DNA of 32,694 bases from a virus (lineage: Duplodnaviria > Heunggongvirae > Uroviricota > Caudoviricetes), in the IMG/VR virus record IMGVR_UViG_3300002756_000060, positions 1-32,694 of that record, one strand, 5' to 3'. Under the pieces are notes generated by a model. It was not told the origin of the DNA. It saw only the letters and a program-made list of their open reading frames with translations, and searched no databases. Position numbers and translations under genes: made by a program. Below, piece after piece: positions 11,312 to 21,800 of this stretch. The stretch's first letter is position 1. Each line of letters starts with the position of its first letter.

Positions 11312-12058
11312 ATGAGCCTGCATCCCGGTACGGATCGCTACAACCCGGCTGGGAACAGCGACTTCACCCGCAAGGCGGAGGCGCTGGCGCTGGGCATCCC
11401 CAACTGGTCGACACCGAAGGCGACAGACGGCGCGAAGGGTGGGCCGGGCCAGAGCTATGGCTCGGGCGGGACGCCACCCCTGCCCGCGCAGGCGGCACAA
11501 TGGCAGACGCCGGTGGCCGACGACCAGATGGATCGGCTGCGTGGCAAGATCAACAGCCGGGGCGAGCCGAAGCTATCGGCACAGGCGCTGCAATGGCCGA
11601 CCCCGGCGGCGCAGAACTGGAAGGGGAGCAGCCCGGCCAGCGTGACGCGGGCGGATGGCAAGAGCCGGATGGATATCCTGCATTACCGGGCGGAGCAGGG
11701 CTTCACCCACCCGGCCCCGGCGATCATGCGGCATGGGCGGCAGTGCTCGCGACACGCCCCGATCTCACGCCCGCTGTGGGCTTCGATGATTGCCTCGCAT
11801 GGGCGCGGCGCATGTCGGCGGCTCCTGAAGGGCCGCTCACGGCGGCGGCTGAACCCGCTCTTCGTCGGATGGTTGATGGGCTGGCCCATCGGTCACGCGC
11901 TCTGCGCCTGCTCGGCAACGGAGTTCATCCTCTGGCAGCAGCGCATGCGTGGCGCGCTCTCGCAGCTGCCCATGGCCTCGGGCCCGTGGATCTGGCGGCC
12001 ATCGGACGAGGCCCAGCGCCCCGCGCAGATGACGCTGTTTGAGGTGTGGTCTGAATGA
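11312..12058 (+). CDS. hypothetical protein with three W-x-TP motifs
   Basis: 248-aa ORF; NWSTPKATDGAKGG, QWQTPVADDQ, QWPTPAAQNWKGSS; stop overlaps the next ATG (ATGA at 12055-12058). Confidence 0.5.
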   Translation: MSLHPGTDRYNPAGNSDFTRKAEALALGIPNWSTPKATDGAKGGPGQSYGSGGTPPLPAQAAQWQTPVADDQMDRLRGKINSRGEPKLSAQALQWPTPAAQNWKGSSPASVTRADGKSRMDILHYRAEQGFTHPAPAIMRHGRQCSRHAPISRPLWASMIASHGRGACRRLLKGRSRRRLNPLFVGWLMGWPIGHALCACSATEFILWQQRMRGALSQLPMASGPWIWRPSDEAQRPAQMTLFEVWSE

Positions 12059-12717
12059 CGATACAAGGAAAGATCGGGCGGCCAGGCGGCCAAAAAACCA
12101 AACGCGCGCTGGGCGTGCAGGCGGCGCTGGAATGGGCCTTTGGCGTGGAAAAGGCACAGCTGGAACTGCCCCTACCGAAGGGCGTGGCCGAGGAAGGCTT
12201 CGGCTTTGGGCTCGAATACGTGCTGCTGCAACGCGCCATACTTGGCTGCAAGATCGACGGCGGCCAACACAAGTTGGGTGGCTATGTGCACGTGGACGCC
12301 GAGGTGATCGCCGCCACCGTCGCGGGCATGCCCGACACCTTGGGTGGTAAGCGCATGGCGATCCGGGTCGCGGAACTGGCACGCGCCGGGCTGACCCCGG
12401 ACTGGATGCCCAGGGCCGTGCCGCGCTGCGTGCCCGTCGATATCAAGCGCAACCGGCATGGTGATCGCGCGGTCAGCGTCGTGGTCGGCACCGCCCGCGC
12501 GCTGATCAGCGGCAAGTGGCGCATCGTCGAGGTCCGCGCCTGCCCCGTCACCTTCACCCCAACCCCACACCAGATCGACGCCGCCCGCCAAGCCTATGAC
12601 GACTGGTGGCAGGCACTGGACTGGGTACGGGATGGGCTTATCGCGGGCGACATGCTGCGGGAGATTGATGTGACAGGGGCGATGCCGAGCGTGCGGCCGT
12701 GGGCTGCAAAGCCTTGA
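12055..12717 (+). CDS. hypothetical protein (220 aa)
   Basis: Translationally coupled to the upstream gene; no recognisable motif. Confidence 0.5.
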   Translation: MTIQGKIGRPGGQKTKRALGVQAALEWAFGVEKAQLELPLPKGVAEEGFGFGLEYVLLQRAILGCKIDGGQHKLGGYVHVDAEVIAATVAGMPDTLGGKRMAIRVAELARAGLTPDWMPRAVPRCVPVDIKRNRHGDRAVSVVVGTARALISGKWRIVEVRACPVTFTPTPHQIDAARQAYDDWWQALDWVRDGLIAGDMLREIDVTGAMPSVRPWAAKP

Positions 12718-12778
12718 TCTTGCGCTCGGCACAAAGAATTCACTCGAAGCGCTGGCATTCAGCAAGTAAGCCTAAGGT

Positions 12779-15652
12779 ATGTTCACCGCTTACCATGGCA
12801 AATATACCGCATATGATCTTACGAAGCTGGCGCCGCCCGGCTCGGACGATCAGTTGTCAATGTCGTTGTTCGATGCATCGGTTGATCTCAATCCTCATCA
12901 GATTGAGGCCGCGATGTTCGCGCTTCAATCGCCGCTGGCTGAAGGCGCGATACTTGCGGATGAGGTCGGCCTCGGCAAAACCATCGAGGCAGGCATTGTC
13001 CTTTGCCAGAAATGGGCTGAGCGAAAACGGAAACTAATCATCATCTGCCCAGCGGCCATTCGACAGCAGTGGGCTGCAGAACTGACGAACAAGTTCAATC
13101 TTCCCGCAGTCGTCATTGACGCTCGGACCTATCGACAGATGAAGATGGAAGGCATTCCATTCCCTTTGTCACAGAAGCGGATCGTCGTGCTATCCTATCA
13201 TTATGCTGCAAAGCTTCAGGATGAGCTTCGGCAAGTCGATTGGGATCTGGTTGTTATCGACGAAGCGCACAAGCTTCGTAACTCGTACCGACCCAGCAAT
13301 CGCATCGGGCAAGCTCTTCAACGAGCAGTCGAAGGCCGCAAAAAGCTCCTGCTGACGGCTACTCCCCTCCAAAACAGCTTGATGGAGATATTCGGGCTTA
13401 CGAACTTCATTGATCCAAACATTTTCGGCGATGCCAACAGCTTCCGGTCGAAGTATGTGAATGCCGGTGGCGATCTGCCCGAGCTTCGCGCAAGGCTCGC
13501 GGATTTCTGCAAGCGCACGCTTCGGAAGCAGGTTCTCGAGTATGTCAAATATACTCAGCGCCGTGCCATCACGCAGCCATTCTCGCCGGCGGAGAACGAG
13601 CAGGCGCTGTATGACGGCATTACGCGCTTCCTACAACGAGAGGACACCTATGCAATACCCTCTCAACAGCGCCATCTAACCGTTCTTATCCTGCGGAAGC
13701 TTCTCGCTTCGTCATCACAGGCCATCGCAGGGACGCTTGAGACCCTACGCGCCCGCTTGGTAGCCCTGCAGAAAGGGGAACCGGTAAAGGATGATCTGGC
13801 GGAGGTGATTTCATTCGAGAACGAGCTCGAAGAAGAAATTCTCGACGAATGGGATGATGACGATGCGCAAGACCCCACAGGGGCCGAGCAAATCGACTTC
13901 GCCAAGCTTCGCCTGGAAATCGACGATATTTCAGGTCTGATCCAGCTTGCACATTCGATCCAGATCGATACTAAGTCCAAAGCGCTGCTACAGGCTCTCG
14001 AGATAGGCTTTTCGGAGCAGGAGCGGATGGGCGCACAGAGAAAAGCCCTGATCTTCACAGAGTCGCGCCGCACCCAAGACTATCTCCGCGATTTCCTCGC
14101 GCGCTACGGTTACGCCAATCAAATTGTGACCTTCAGTGGCACTAATTCCGACCGCAAGGCACAGGAAATTTACGAGCGCTGGCTTACCGATCCGAAGAGC
14201 GCCGAGCAGATTACAGGATCGCGCGCCATCGATGTTCGTGCTGCACTGATAGAAGAATTCCGCGACAATGCCTCGATCATGATCGCAACCGAGGCCGCCG
14301 CCGAGGGTGTCAACCTGCAATTCTGCTCGCAGGTCATCAACTACGACCTTCCGTGGAACCCGCAGAGGATCGAACAGCGCATCGGACGCTGCCATCGCTA
14401 TGGGCAGACGCATGATGTGATCGTCGTGAACTTCCTGAACGAACGCAACGATGCAGATAAACGGGTTCACGCGCTTCTAACCGAGAAGTTCAATCTGTTC
14501 GATGGTGTATTTGGGGCTTCAGACGAGGTCTTGGGAACGATTGAGTCCGGCGTCGACTTCGAAAAGCGCATTCTGGCGATTTACCAGGACTGCCGCACTC
14601 CGGAGGCCATCGCCGCAGCTTTTGATGAACTTCAGACCCAGCTCGAGGAACAAATTCGGAGCCGAATGGAGGATACAAGGCGGGCCCTGCTGGAGAACTT
14701 CGACGAGGATGTCCACGCCCGCCTGAAGCTGCGCCTCGCTGACGCCCGCGAACAGTTGGACCGTGTCGGGCGCCGGTTTTGGGATCTGACCACTGCTATC
14801 CTCGCCGACAAGGCCAAATTCGATGAACCAAATCTGGCCTTCGACCTTCTGGCCCCGCCGACCCGCGACCTGCGACCGGGCCGCTATCACCTGATCTCGC
14901 GGAACTCGGCCGCAGACCCGGCCAAGAACGAACACGGCTATTTCCTCTACCGGCTGTCGCACCCTCTTGGCGAGCATGTCATTGAATCGGCCAAGGCCGC
15001 TGACACGCCAGTGGCCGAATTGCGGTTCGATGTGACCAATCACCCCACACGCGTGGCCATCGTCGAGGCGCTGAAAGGGCGGCGCGGCTGGCTGACGCTG
15101 CGCAAACTTGCGGTGACGACCTTCGAGACCGAGGAATACCTGCTATTCTCGGGCATCGACGACAATGGTCGCTCCATCGACCACGAAGCCTGCGCCAAGC
15201 TGTTCTCGGTCGGTGCTGGCGTTCACCCCATCGACATGCCCGCCCCTGCCATCGCCGACCTCCTTCAGGCTGAGGCCGAGCAGCATGCCAAAGCCACCTT
15301 GAACCGGTCGCTGGATGCCAACAACAAGCACTTTGCCTCGGCCCGTGAAAGGCTGGAGCGCTGGGCTGAGGACAAGGTCTACGCGGCAGAGAAGGCGCTG
15401 AAGGACACCAAGGAACAGATCAAGGGGGTGCGTCGCGAGGCGCGGGCAGCTACCACACTCGAAGAAGAAGCCGCCATCCAAGCCAAACTGCAGGAACTGG
15501 AACGTCGCCAGCGCAAGCAGCGGCAGGAAATCTTCAACCAGGAAGACGAAGTGGCCGACAAGCGGGACGAGTTGATCGCCAACCTTCAAAAGCGGCTCAG
15601 CCGTGGCCACTCGGTTGAATCGCTGTTTACGGTCCGCTGGGCCGTCGTGTAG
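12779..15652 (+). CDS. SNF2-family (SF2) helicase/ATPase
   Basis: Motif I LADEVGLGKTIEAG; motif II LVVIDEAHKLRN; motif III LLLTATPLQNSLMEIFGL; C-terminal helicase motifs ALIFTESRRT, IMIATEAAAEGVNLQ, DLPWNPQRIEQRIGRCHRYGQ; AT-richer codon usage than neighbours. Confidence 0.9.
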   Translation: MFTAYHGKYTAYDLTKLAPPGSDDQLSMSLFDASVDLNPHQIEAAMFALQSPLAEGAILADEVGLGKTIEAGIVLCQKWAERKRKLIIICPAAIRQQWAAELTNKFNLPAVVIDARTYRQMKMEGIPFPLSQKRIVVLSYHYAAKLQDELRQVDWDLVVIDEAHKLRNSYRPSNRIGQALQRAVEGRKKLLLTATPLQNSLMEIFGLTNFIDPNIFGDANSFRSKYVNAGGDLPELRARLADFCKRTLRKQVLEYVKYTQRRAITQPFSPAENEQALYDGITRFLQREDTYAIPSQQRHLTVLILRKLLASSSQAIAGTLETLRARLVALQKGEPVKDDLAEVISFENELEEEILDEWDDDDAQDPTGAEQIDFAKLRLEIDDISGLIQLAHSIQIDTKSKALLQALEIGFSEQERMGAQRKALIFTESRRTQDYLRDFLARYGYANQIVTFSGTNSDRKAQEIYERWLTDPKSAEQITGSRAIDVRAALIEEFRDNASIMIATEAAAEGVNLQFCSQVINYDLPWNPQRIEQRIGRCHRYGQTHDVIVVNFLNERNDADKRVHALLTEKFNLFDGVFGASDEVLGTIESGVDFEKRILAIYQDCRTPEAIAAAFDELQTQLEEQIRSRMEDTRRALLENFDEDVHARLKLRLADAREQLDRVGRRFWDLTTAILADKAKFDEPNLAFDLLAPPTRDLRPGRYHLISRNSAADPAKNEHGYFLYRLSHPLGEHVIESAKAADTPVAELRFDVTNHPTRVAIVEALKGRRGWLTLRKLAVTTFETEEYLLFSGIDDNGRSIDHEACAKLFSVGAGVHPIDMPAPAIADLLQAEAEQHAKATLNRSLDANNKHFASARERLERWAEDKVYAAEKALKDTKEQIKGVRREARAATTLEEEAAIQAKLQELERRQRKQRQEIFNQEDEVADKRDELIANLQKRLSRGHSVESLFTVRWAVV

Positions 15653-15685
15653 ACCAGCCGAGTAACATCAAGGAAAACAAGAACA

Positions 15686-18600
15686 ATGAGCAATTTTGAC
15701 GCCCTCGTTGCCAAGCTGCGCGAAATCTTCCAGATCGACCGGCCTGACCTCGATTTTGGCGTCTACCGTATCCTCAACGCCCGCGCGGGGGAAATCGAGG
15801 ATTACCTGTCCAAGCGTCTGAAGGCGCGGGTGGCCGAAGCACTGGCTGCCGGTGCTGCGGCCAATACCGAAACGCTGAAGGCCGCGATTGAGAAAGCGCG
15901 CGAAGCTGCTGAGGCCGCAGGGTACAATTCAGACGAAGCTCCGAGAGTTCTGAGCCTCCAGAAGGAACTTGCAGCCGCCAGCGGGGCCACGTCGGAGCAT
16001 GAAAATCAGGTCTTCTCGCACCTGTTGACCTTCTTCTCGCGCTACTACGACAAGGGCGATTTCATCAGCCAGCGCCGGTACAAGGGTGATACCTATGCCA
16101 TCCCCTATTCCGGGGAAGAGGTCGTGCTGCACTGGGCGAACCGCGATCAGTATTACATCAAAAGCGGAGAATCCTTCTCGAACTTCAGCTTCAAGCTGGA
16201 TGACGGTCGACTTGTGCATTTCCGCCTTGTCGCTGCCGATACGGCCAAAGACAACCGCAAGGATAACGACAAGGAGCGCCGCTTCGTTCTGGCCACCGAG
16301 CGCACGGTCACGCGCCTTGACGAGGAGGGCGAGGGTTTTGAAGAAACCATCCGTCCGATCGAGGAAGAGGATGGCGCGCTGGTCATCCGGTTCGACTTTG
16401 CAGCACAGCCCAAAGGGACCAAGCAAGAAAAACTGGTTGAGGCGGCGGTGGAAACCATTCTGGACAGCGAGACTTTCAAATCGAGATGGCTGGAACTGAC
16501 CAACCGCGCGCCGACGGAAAAGAAACCGCAGCGCACCTTGCTGGAAAAGCACCTGACGACCTACACGCAAAAGAACACCGCCGATTACTTCATTCACAAG
16601 GATCTGGATGGTTTTCTGCGGCGCGAACTGGATTTCTACATCAAGAACGAGGTGATGAACCTGGACGATGTGCAGGAGGCCGGGGCCTTTGCCGCCATCG
16701 AAAGAAACCTACGGATGATCCAATGCCTGCGGGCCATCGCTCTGGACCTGATTACCTTTCTGGCCAGCATCGAGAATCTCCAGAAAAAGCTATGGCTGAA
16801 AAAGAAATTCGTGGTGGCGGCGCAGTATTGCGTGACGCTGGACCGGGTGCCGGAGGCGCTTTACCCGGCTATCGCGGCGAACCCCGCGCAATGGGCGCAG
16901 TGGCATGATCTGGGGATGCGGGCATCCGCGGCGCCGGGGACGGTGGAGGATCTGAAAGCCGCGCCCTTCCTGATGGTGGACACCGCGCTCTTTGATGCGG
17001 GTTTCCGGGCTGACCTGTTGAAGGCGATCCCCGATCTGGATGCTAGCCTCGACGGGCTGCTGGTTCATGGGGACAATTTTCAGGCGCTGAACCTTTTGCA
17101 GGATCGATACCGGGAAAAGGTCAAATCAATCTATATCGACCCGCCTTACAACACTGACGCAGGACCGATCAGTTACAAGAACGGCTACCGGAGTTCGTCG
17201 TGGGTTGCCATGATGCACGACCGCGTGAAACTCGGGCGTGAGCTATTGCCTCTCGACGGGTTGCTCACCGCCACGATCGATGACTATCAGTACCGTGAAT
17301 TGCACTTCGCCATTGAAGAGGTTTTTGGCGCTCAAAACCTCGCAGGTACCGTTGTAATCCGAATGAACCCGTCTGGCCGCCCGCTCCCACAAGGCTTCGC
17401 ACAGTCCCACGAATACGCAATCGTCGCGAAGCGGTCAGACTTAGCTCAGATCGAGAACTTACCGAGAAGCGAGAAGCAGAACGCCAGATATAAGCACCGC
17501 GATGACGACGGTCAGATGTACATGTGGGAACTGTTCAGAAAGCGCGGATCGAATTCCGAAAGAACTGACCGGCCTTCGCTGTATTATCCGATCTATCTCC
17601 GGGGTGAGGACTTTCGGGTTCCCCGAATGACTTATGATCCTGATCGCAAGGATTGGGATATTCATGAAGAACCGGATACCGACGAAAGCGTCATCTACCC
17701 TATTGACGACAACGGAACCTTGCGCACGTGGCGTGGCTCACCGGATGATTTGATCGATAATCCAAGCAACTATCGTGTGAAGATCGAGGACAGCAAAGTC
17801 ACGGTCTACTACAAGTTTCGCCCCAACTCTGAGGGTGTGCTTCCGCTCACCAACTGGATCGATGCCAAATACTCCGCAACGGAGCATGGAACGGGATATC
17901 TCAAGAACTTCTTTTCGGAATACAACGTTTTCTCCTATCCGAAGTCGATCTACGCGGTTGAAGACTGCATCAGGGTTGGTGGCGCAACGGCCAATGCAAC
18001 CGTCCTCGACTATTTTGCAGGATCGGGCACGACTGGACACGCAGTCATAAACTTGAACCGGTCCGACCAAGGGTCTCGAAAGTACATCTTGGCCGAGCAA
18101 GGCGCTTACTTCGAAACTGTCATTAAGCCACGCTTAAAGAAGGCAGTGTTTTCTGCTGATTGGTCAGAGGGTAAACCCACCGCCCCCGAAACCGGCATCA
18201 GCCATGCCTTCAAGGTACTCAAGATCGAGGGCTATGAGGACACGCTGAACAATCTTGATCTGAAGCGTTCGGAGGCGCAGGCCAGTCTTCTGGAACGGTT
18301 CAGCGCCGACAAGCGCGACGACTATTTGATGCGCTACATGCTGGATGTCGAGGGACGCGGCTCGCTCCTGTCCATCTCGGATTTCCGCAAGCCCTTTGAC
18401 TACTCGCTCAAGGTCGCCGTCGACAGCGCCGGGGCCTGGGAGGAGCGCAAGGTCGATCTGGTCGAGACCTTCAACTACCTGATCGGCCTGACCGTCCGCC
18501 ATATCGACATCCAGCTTCGCCAAGGCTTCGCCACGGTCGAGGGCTGGTTGCCAACGGGTGAGCGGACCCTGATCCTGTGGCGCGACTGCGATAAAATCGG

Positions 18601-18805
18601 CTATGAGGAATTGACGCGCCTGTGCGACAAACTGGCGATTAACCCGGCCGACAGCGAATACGACGTGGTCTACATCAACGGCGACCACAATATCCCCTCG
18701 GTGGTGGAAACGACCGAGGAAGAGGGCAGCGTTATCAAGAAGCTGATGCTGCGCCAGATCGAACCCGCCTTCCTCGATGCGATGTTCAACGTGGATGACG
18801 TCTGA
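15686..18805 (+). CDS. Type III Mod-like beta-class DNA methyltransferase with ~480-aa N-terminal extension
   Basis: LLVHGDNFQALNLLQDRYREKVKSIYIDPPYNT (motif IV) precedes VLDYFAGSGTTGHAV (motif I); AAGGAAA Shine-Dalgarno at 15670-15676; 1039 aa. Confidence 0.85.
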   Translation: MSNFDALVAKLREIFQIDRPDLDFGVYRILNARAGEIEDYLSKRLKARVAEALAAGAAANTETLKAAIEKAREAAEAAGYNSDEAPRVLSLQKELAAASGATSEHENQVFSHLLTFFSRYYDKGDFISQRRYKGDTYAIPYSGEEVVLHWANRDQYYIKSGESFSNFSFKLDDGRLVHFRLVAADTAKDNRKDNDKERRFVLATERTVTRLDEEGEGFEETIRPIEEEDGALVIRFDFAAQPKGTKQEKLVEAAVETILDSETFKSRWLELTNRAPTEKKPQRTLLEKHLTTYTQKNTADYFIHKDLDGFLRRELDFYIKNEVMNLDDVQEAGAFAAIERNLRMIQCLRAIALDLITFLASIENLQKKLWLKKKFVVAAQYCVTLDRVPEALYPAIAANPAQWAQWHDLGMRASAAPGTVEDLKAAPFLMVDTALFDAGFRADLLKAIPDLDASLDGLLVHGDNFQALNLLQDRYREKVKSIYIDPPYNTDAGPISYKNGYRSSSWVAMMHDRVKLGRELLPLDGLLTATIDDYQYRELHFAIEEVFGAQNLAGTVVIRMNPSGRPLPQGFAQSHEYAIVAKRSDLAQIENLPRSEKQNARYKHRDDDGQMYMWELFRKRGSNSERTDRPSLYYPIYLRGEDFRVPRMTYDPDRKDWDIHEEPDTDESVIYPIDDNGTLRTWRGSPDDLIDNPSNYRVKIEDSKVTVYYKFRPNSEGVLPLTNWIDAKYSATEHGTGYLKNFFSEYNVFSYPKSIYAVEDCIRVGGATANATVLDYFAGSGTTGHAVINLNRSDQGSRKYILAEQGAYFETVIKPRLKKAVFSADWSEGKPTAPETGISHAFKVLKIEGYEDTLNNLDLKRSEAQASLLERFSADKRDDYLMRYMLDVEGRGSLLSISDFRKPFDYSLKVAVDSAGAWEERKVDLVETFNYLIGLTVRHIDIQLRQGFATVEGWLPTGERTLILWRDCDKIGYEELTRLCDKLAINPADSEYDVVYINGDHNIPSVVETTEEEGSVIKKLMLRQIEPAFLDAMFNVDDV

Positions 18806-21800
18806 TGGCGCGTGCGGCGAAGAAAAAGCGCACCTTCCATCACGAGTTGGTGCTGAACCGCTGGATGCTGAGCCATTTTTACGGTGACGGCCTGATGACG
18901 CTCAAATCGCGGTTGGGCGATGACCGGTTTGAGGGTATCGACGACGATGGCCAGACCAAGTTCTTTCATGAGCTGACGCGCAACCTGTTCAACATGGACC
19001 GCGTCACCGAGGCCGAGCTGCGCCGCTATGACCTGAACATCGTCGCATATTGGCAGAAGATCACCCATCGCCGCAACGCCGCCACGGGCGAATTGCTGAC
19101 GATGAAATATTTTCAGTATCTGTCGCTGCTGTTCACCGAGATCTACCTCGACTGGTATTTCAACCGGCGACAGGACTTGCTGGACGGGCTGAATGCCCAA
19201 ATGGCCGCGTATCGGAAAGAGGACGGGGCCGAACCGTTTCGCGATTATAGCGCCGACGACCTCAACAAGCTCGCCTTCTGGAACGCGACAGGCAGCGGCA
19301 AGACCCTGCTGCTGCATGTGAACATCCTGCAGTACCTGCATTACTTCCAGGCGGGCAACGGCAACCTATTTCCCGACCGGATCATCCTGCTGACCCCAAA
19401 CGAGGGACTGTCACGCCAGCATCTGGAGGAATTCCGCGAGTCCGGCATCAACGCCCATGTCTTCGACAAGAACCAGACAGGTTCGCTGTTCAAGGGCTGG
19501 GTGGATGTGATCGAAGTCACGAAGCTGGCCGACGAGATGGGCGACAAGACCGTCGCCACCGGCGCGTTCGAGGGCAACAACCTGGTGCTGGTCGACGAAG
19601 GCCACCGCGGCACCGGCAGTGCGGGCGGGGTCTGGATGGCGAGGCGCGCGGCGCTGGTGAAGGGCGGCTTTGCTTTTGAATACAGCGCGACCTTCAGCCA
19701 ATCAGTCGCCAAGGGCGCCACGGTTGCAAAGGCCGAGGAAGACATCCTGAAGGCCAAGGCGAAGCGCCTGTTCGACAAGACTTTGAAACAGCTGGACGAC
19801 ACGGAACGCGCACAACTGCAGCTGACCAACGAAGATCGCGCCCGCGCCCGCATCGACGGCATTCGCGAGGCCTACGCCAAGGCGGTGCTGATCGACTACA
19901 GCTACAAGTATTTCTACGCCGACGGTTACGGGAAGGAATCCCTGATCCTGAACCTGGACGACAAGGGCTATGACAACCATGGCGATCTGTATTTCACAGC
20001 GTGCTTGCTCAGCTTCTACCAGCAGCTCTGGCTCTGGGACACGCACCGCGACAAGATCAGGGACTTCAATATCGAGAAGCCGTTGTGGGTCTTCGTGGGC
20101 AACACTGTGGCCGGAGAGGACAGCGATATCCTCGAAGTCATCAAGTTCCTCGCCTGGTTTCTGAACCATCCCAGCGAAGCCACGACATGGATCGCAGACC
20201 TCGTTGCCGACAAGGCGCGGCTGCTGGACCCGAAGGGTAACGACGTATTCGCGGGGCGCTTCTCCCCCTTGATGCAGCGTGATGCCGCGACGATCTATGA
20301 CGATATCCTGAAGCGGCTGTTTAACGCCGATGCGAGGCAGCGGCTGAAGTTGGTGAACCTGAAGAACAGCAAGGGTGAGCTGGCCCTGCGGGTCGGATCG
20401 TTCGATCCCTTTGGCCTGATCAACATCGGCGACGATTCCGGCTTCTTCAAGAACGCCGAGGACAGCAGCGACTTCGATACCGAAGCGGACGATTTCGGGA
20501 CCGGGCTGTTTGGCACGATCAACCAGAAAGATAGCAAGCTGAATGTCCTGATCGGGTCGCGGAAATTCACCGAAGGCTGGTCAAGCTGGCGGGTGTCGAC
20601 CATGGGTCTACTCAACATGGGGCAAGGCGAAGGCTCACAGATCATTCAGCTTTTCGGTCGCGGCGTCCGCCTGAAAGGACGCGGCATGTCGCTGAAACGG
20701 TCACTCCCCGCCGAGCGGCCGAAGGGCACGCACATGGAACGCCTTGAAACGCTGAACATCTTCGGCGTCCGGGCGAACTACATGGCCACCTTCAAGGACT
20801 ACCTGAAGGAGGAAGGCATCACGCCGAGCGACGAAATCATTCAGCTCGACTTCCCGACCAGGACGAACCTGCCGTCCGGGACTAGGCTCAAGACGCTCAA
20901 GCTGAAAGATGGCTATAAGGATAATCAGATCAAGGGCTTCAAGCGCGTCCACTATCCGACGTTATACGAGGTCCCGGCCGAGTTCGCGGGCAAGATCAAG
21001 CCTCCACACGTCCTGCTCGACCTTTATCCGCGAGTCGAAGCGATCACGACCACGGCGAACGCAACGGCGGGCGCACCGGACAAGCGAAATCGTGGCAAAC
21101 TGAGCAAGGCGGCAATCGCCTGCTTTGATTGGGATGCGGTATTCACCGCCGTTCAGGAATACAAGCTCCTGAAAAGCTGGAGCAACCTGAAGGTCGACCG
21201 AGAGCGCCTATACCAGTTCTGTCTTGGCGACAACAGCTGGTACACCCTTTTGATCCCCCAAGCGGAACTGGAAGTGTCGGACTTTTCAGATGTGCTGCGT
21301 CAGCAGGACATCATGCTTCAGCTGCTTACCGACTATACCGACCGTTTCTATCAAGGGCTGAAGGCGGCTTATGAGGGCAAATTCTACGATGTCGCGCCGG
21401 TTACGGAGGACTCCGGCTCGATCATCAAACTGTACCAGTTTGAGATCGAAAACACCGATGTCGGTCTTGAGTACAAGGCAAAGCTTGAGGTCCTTTCCGC
21501 CCTCGTCGCGTCTGGAAAAATCGGCGAGGCCAGCAATTGGAACGCACCCCATATGGTGGCGATCAGCTTCGGACAGCACCTGTATTATCCCCTGCTCTCT
21601 CCGATCAAAGATGCGGTCGTCCCACTAAAGATGCGACCACTGGCAATTGGAGAACCAAGCGAGGTGCAGTTCGTTGAGGACGTCATGGCCTACTACGACT
21701 CGCCTTCAGGGAAAGAGAGGCTGAAAGGCTTCAGCCTTTACCTGCTGCGCAATGCCGACAATCGCGCCAAGGGGCTCGGTTTCGCTCTGGCAGGCAACTT

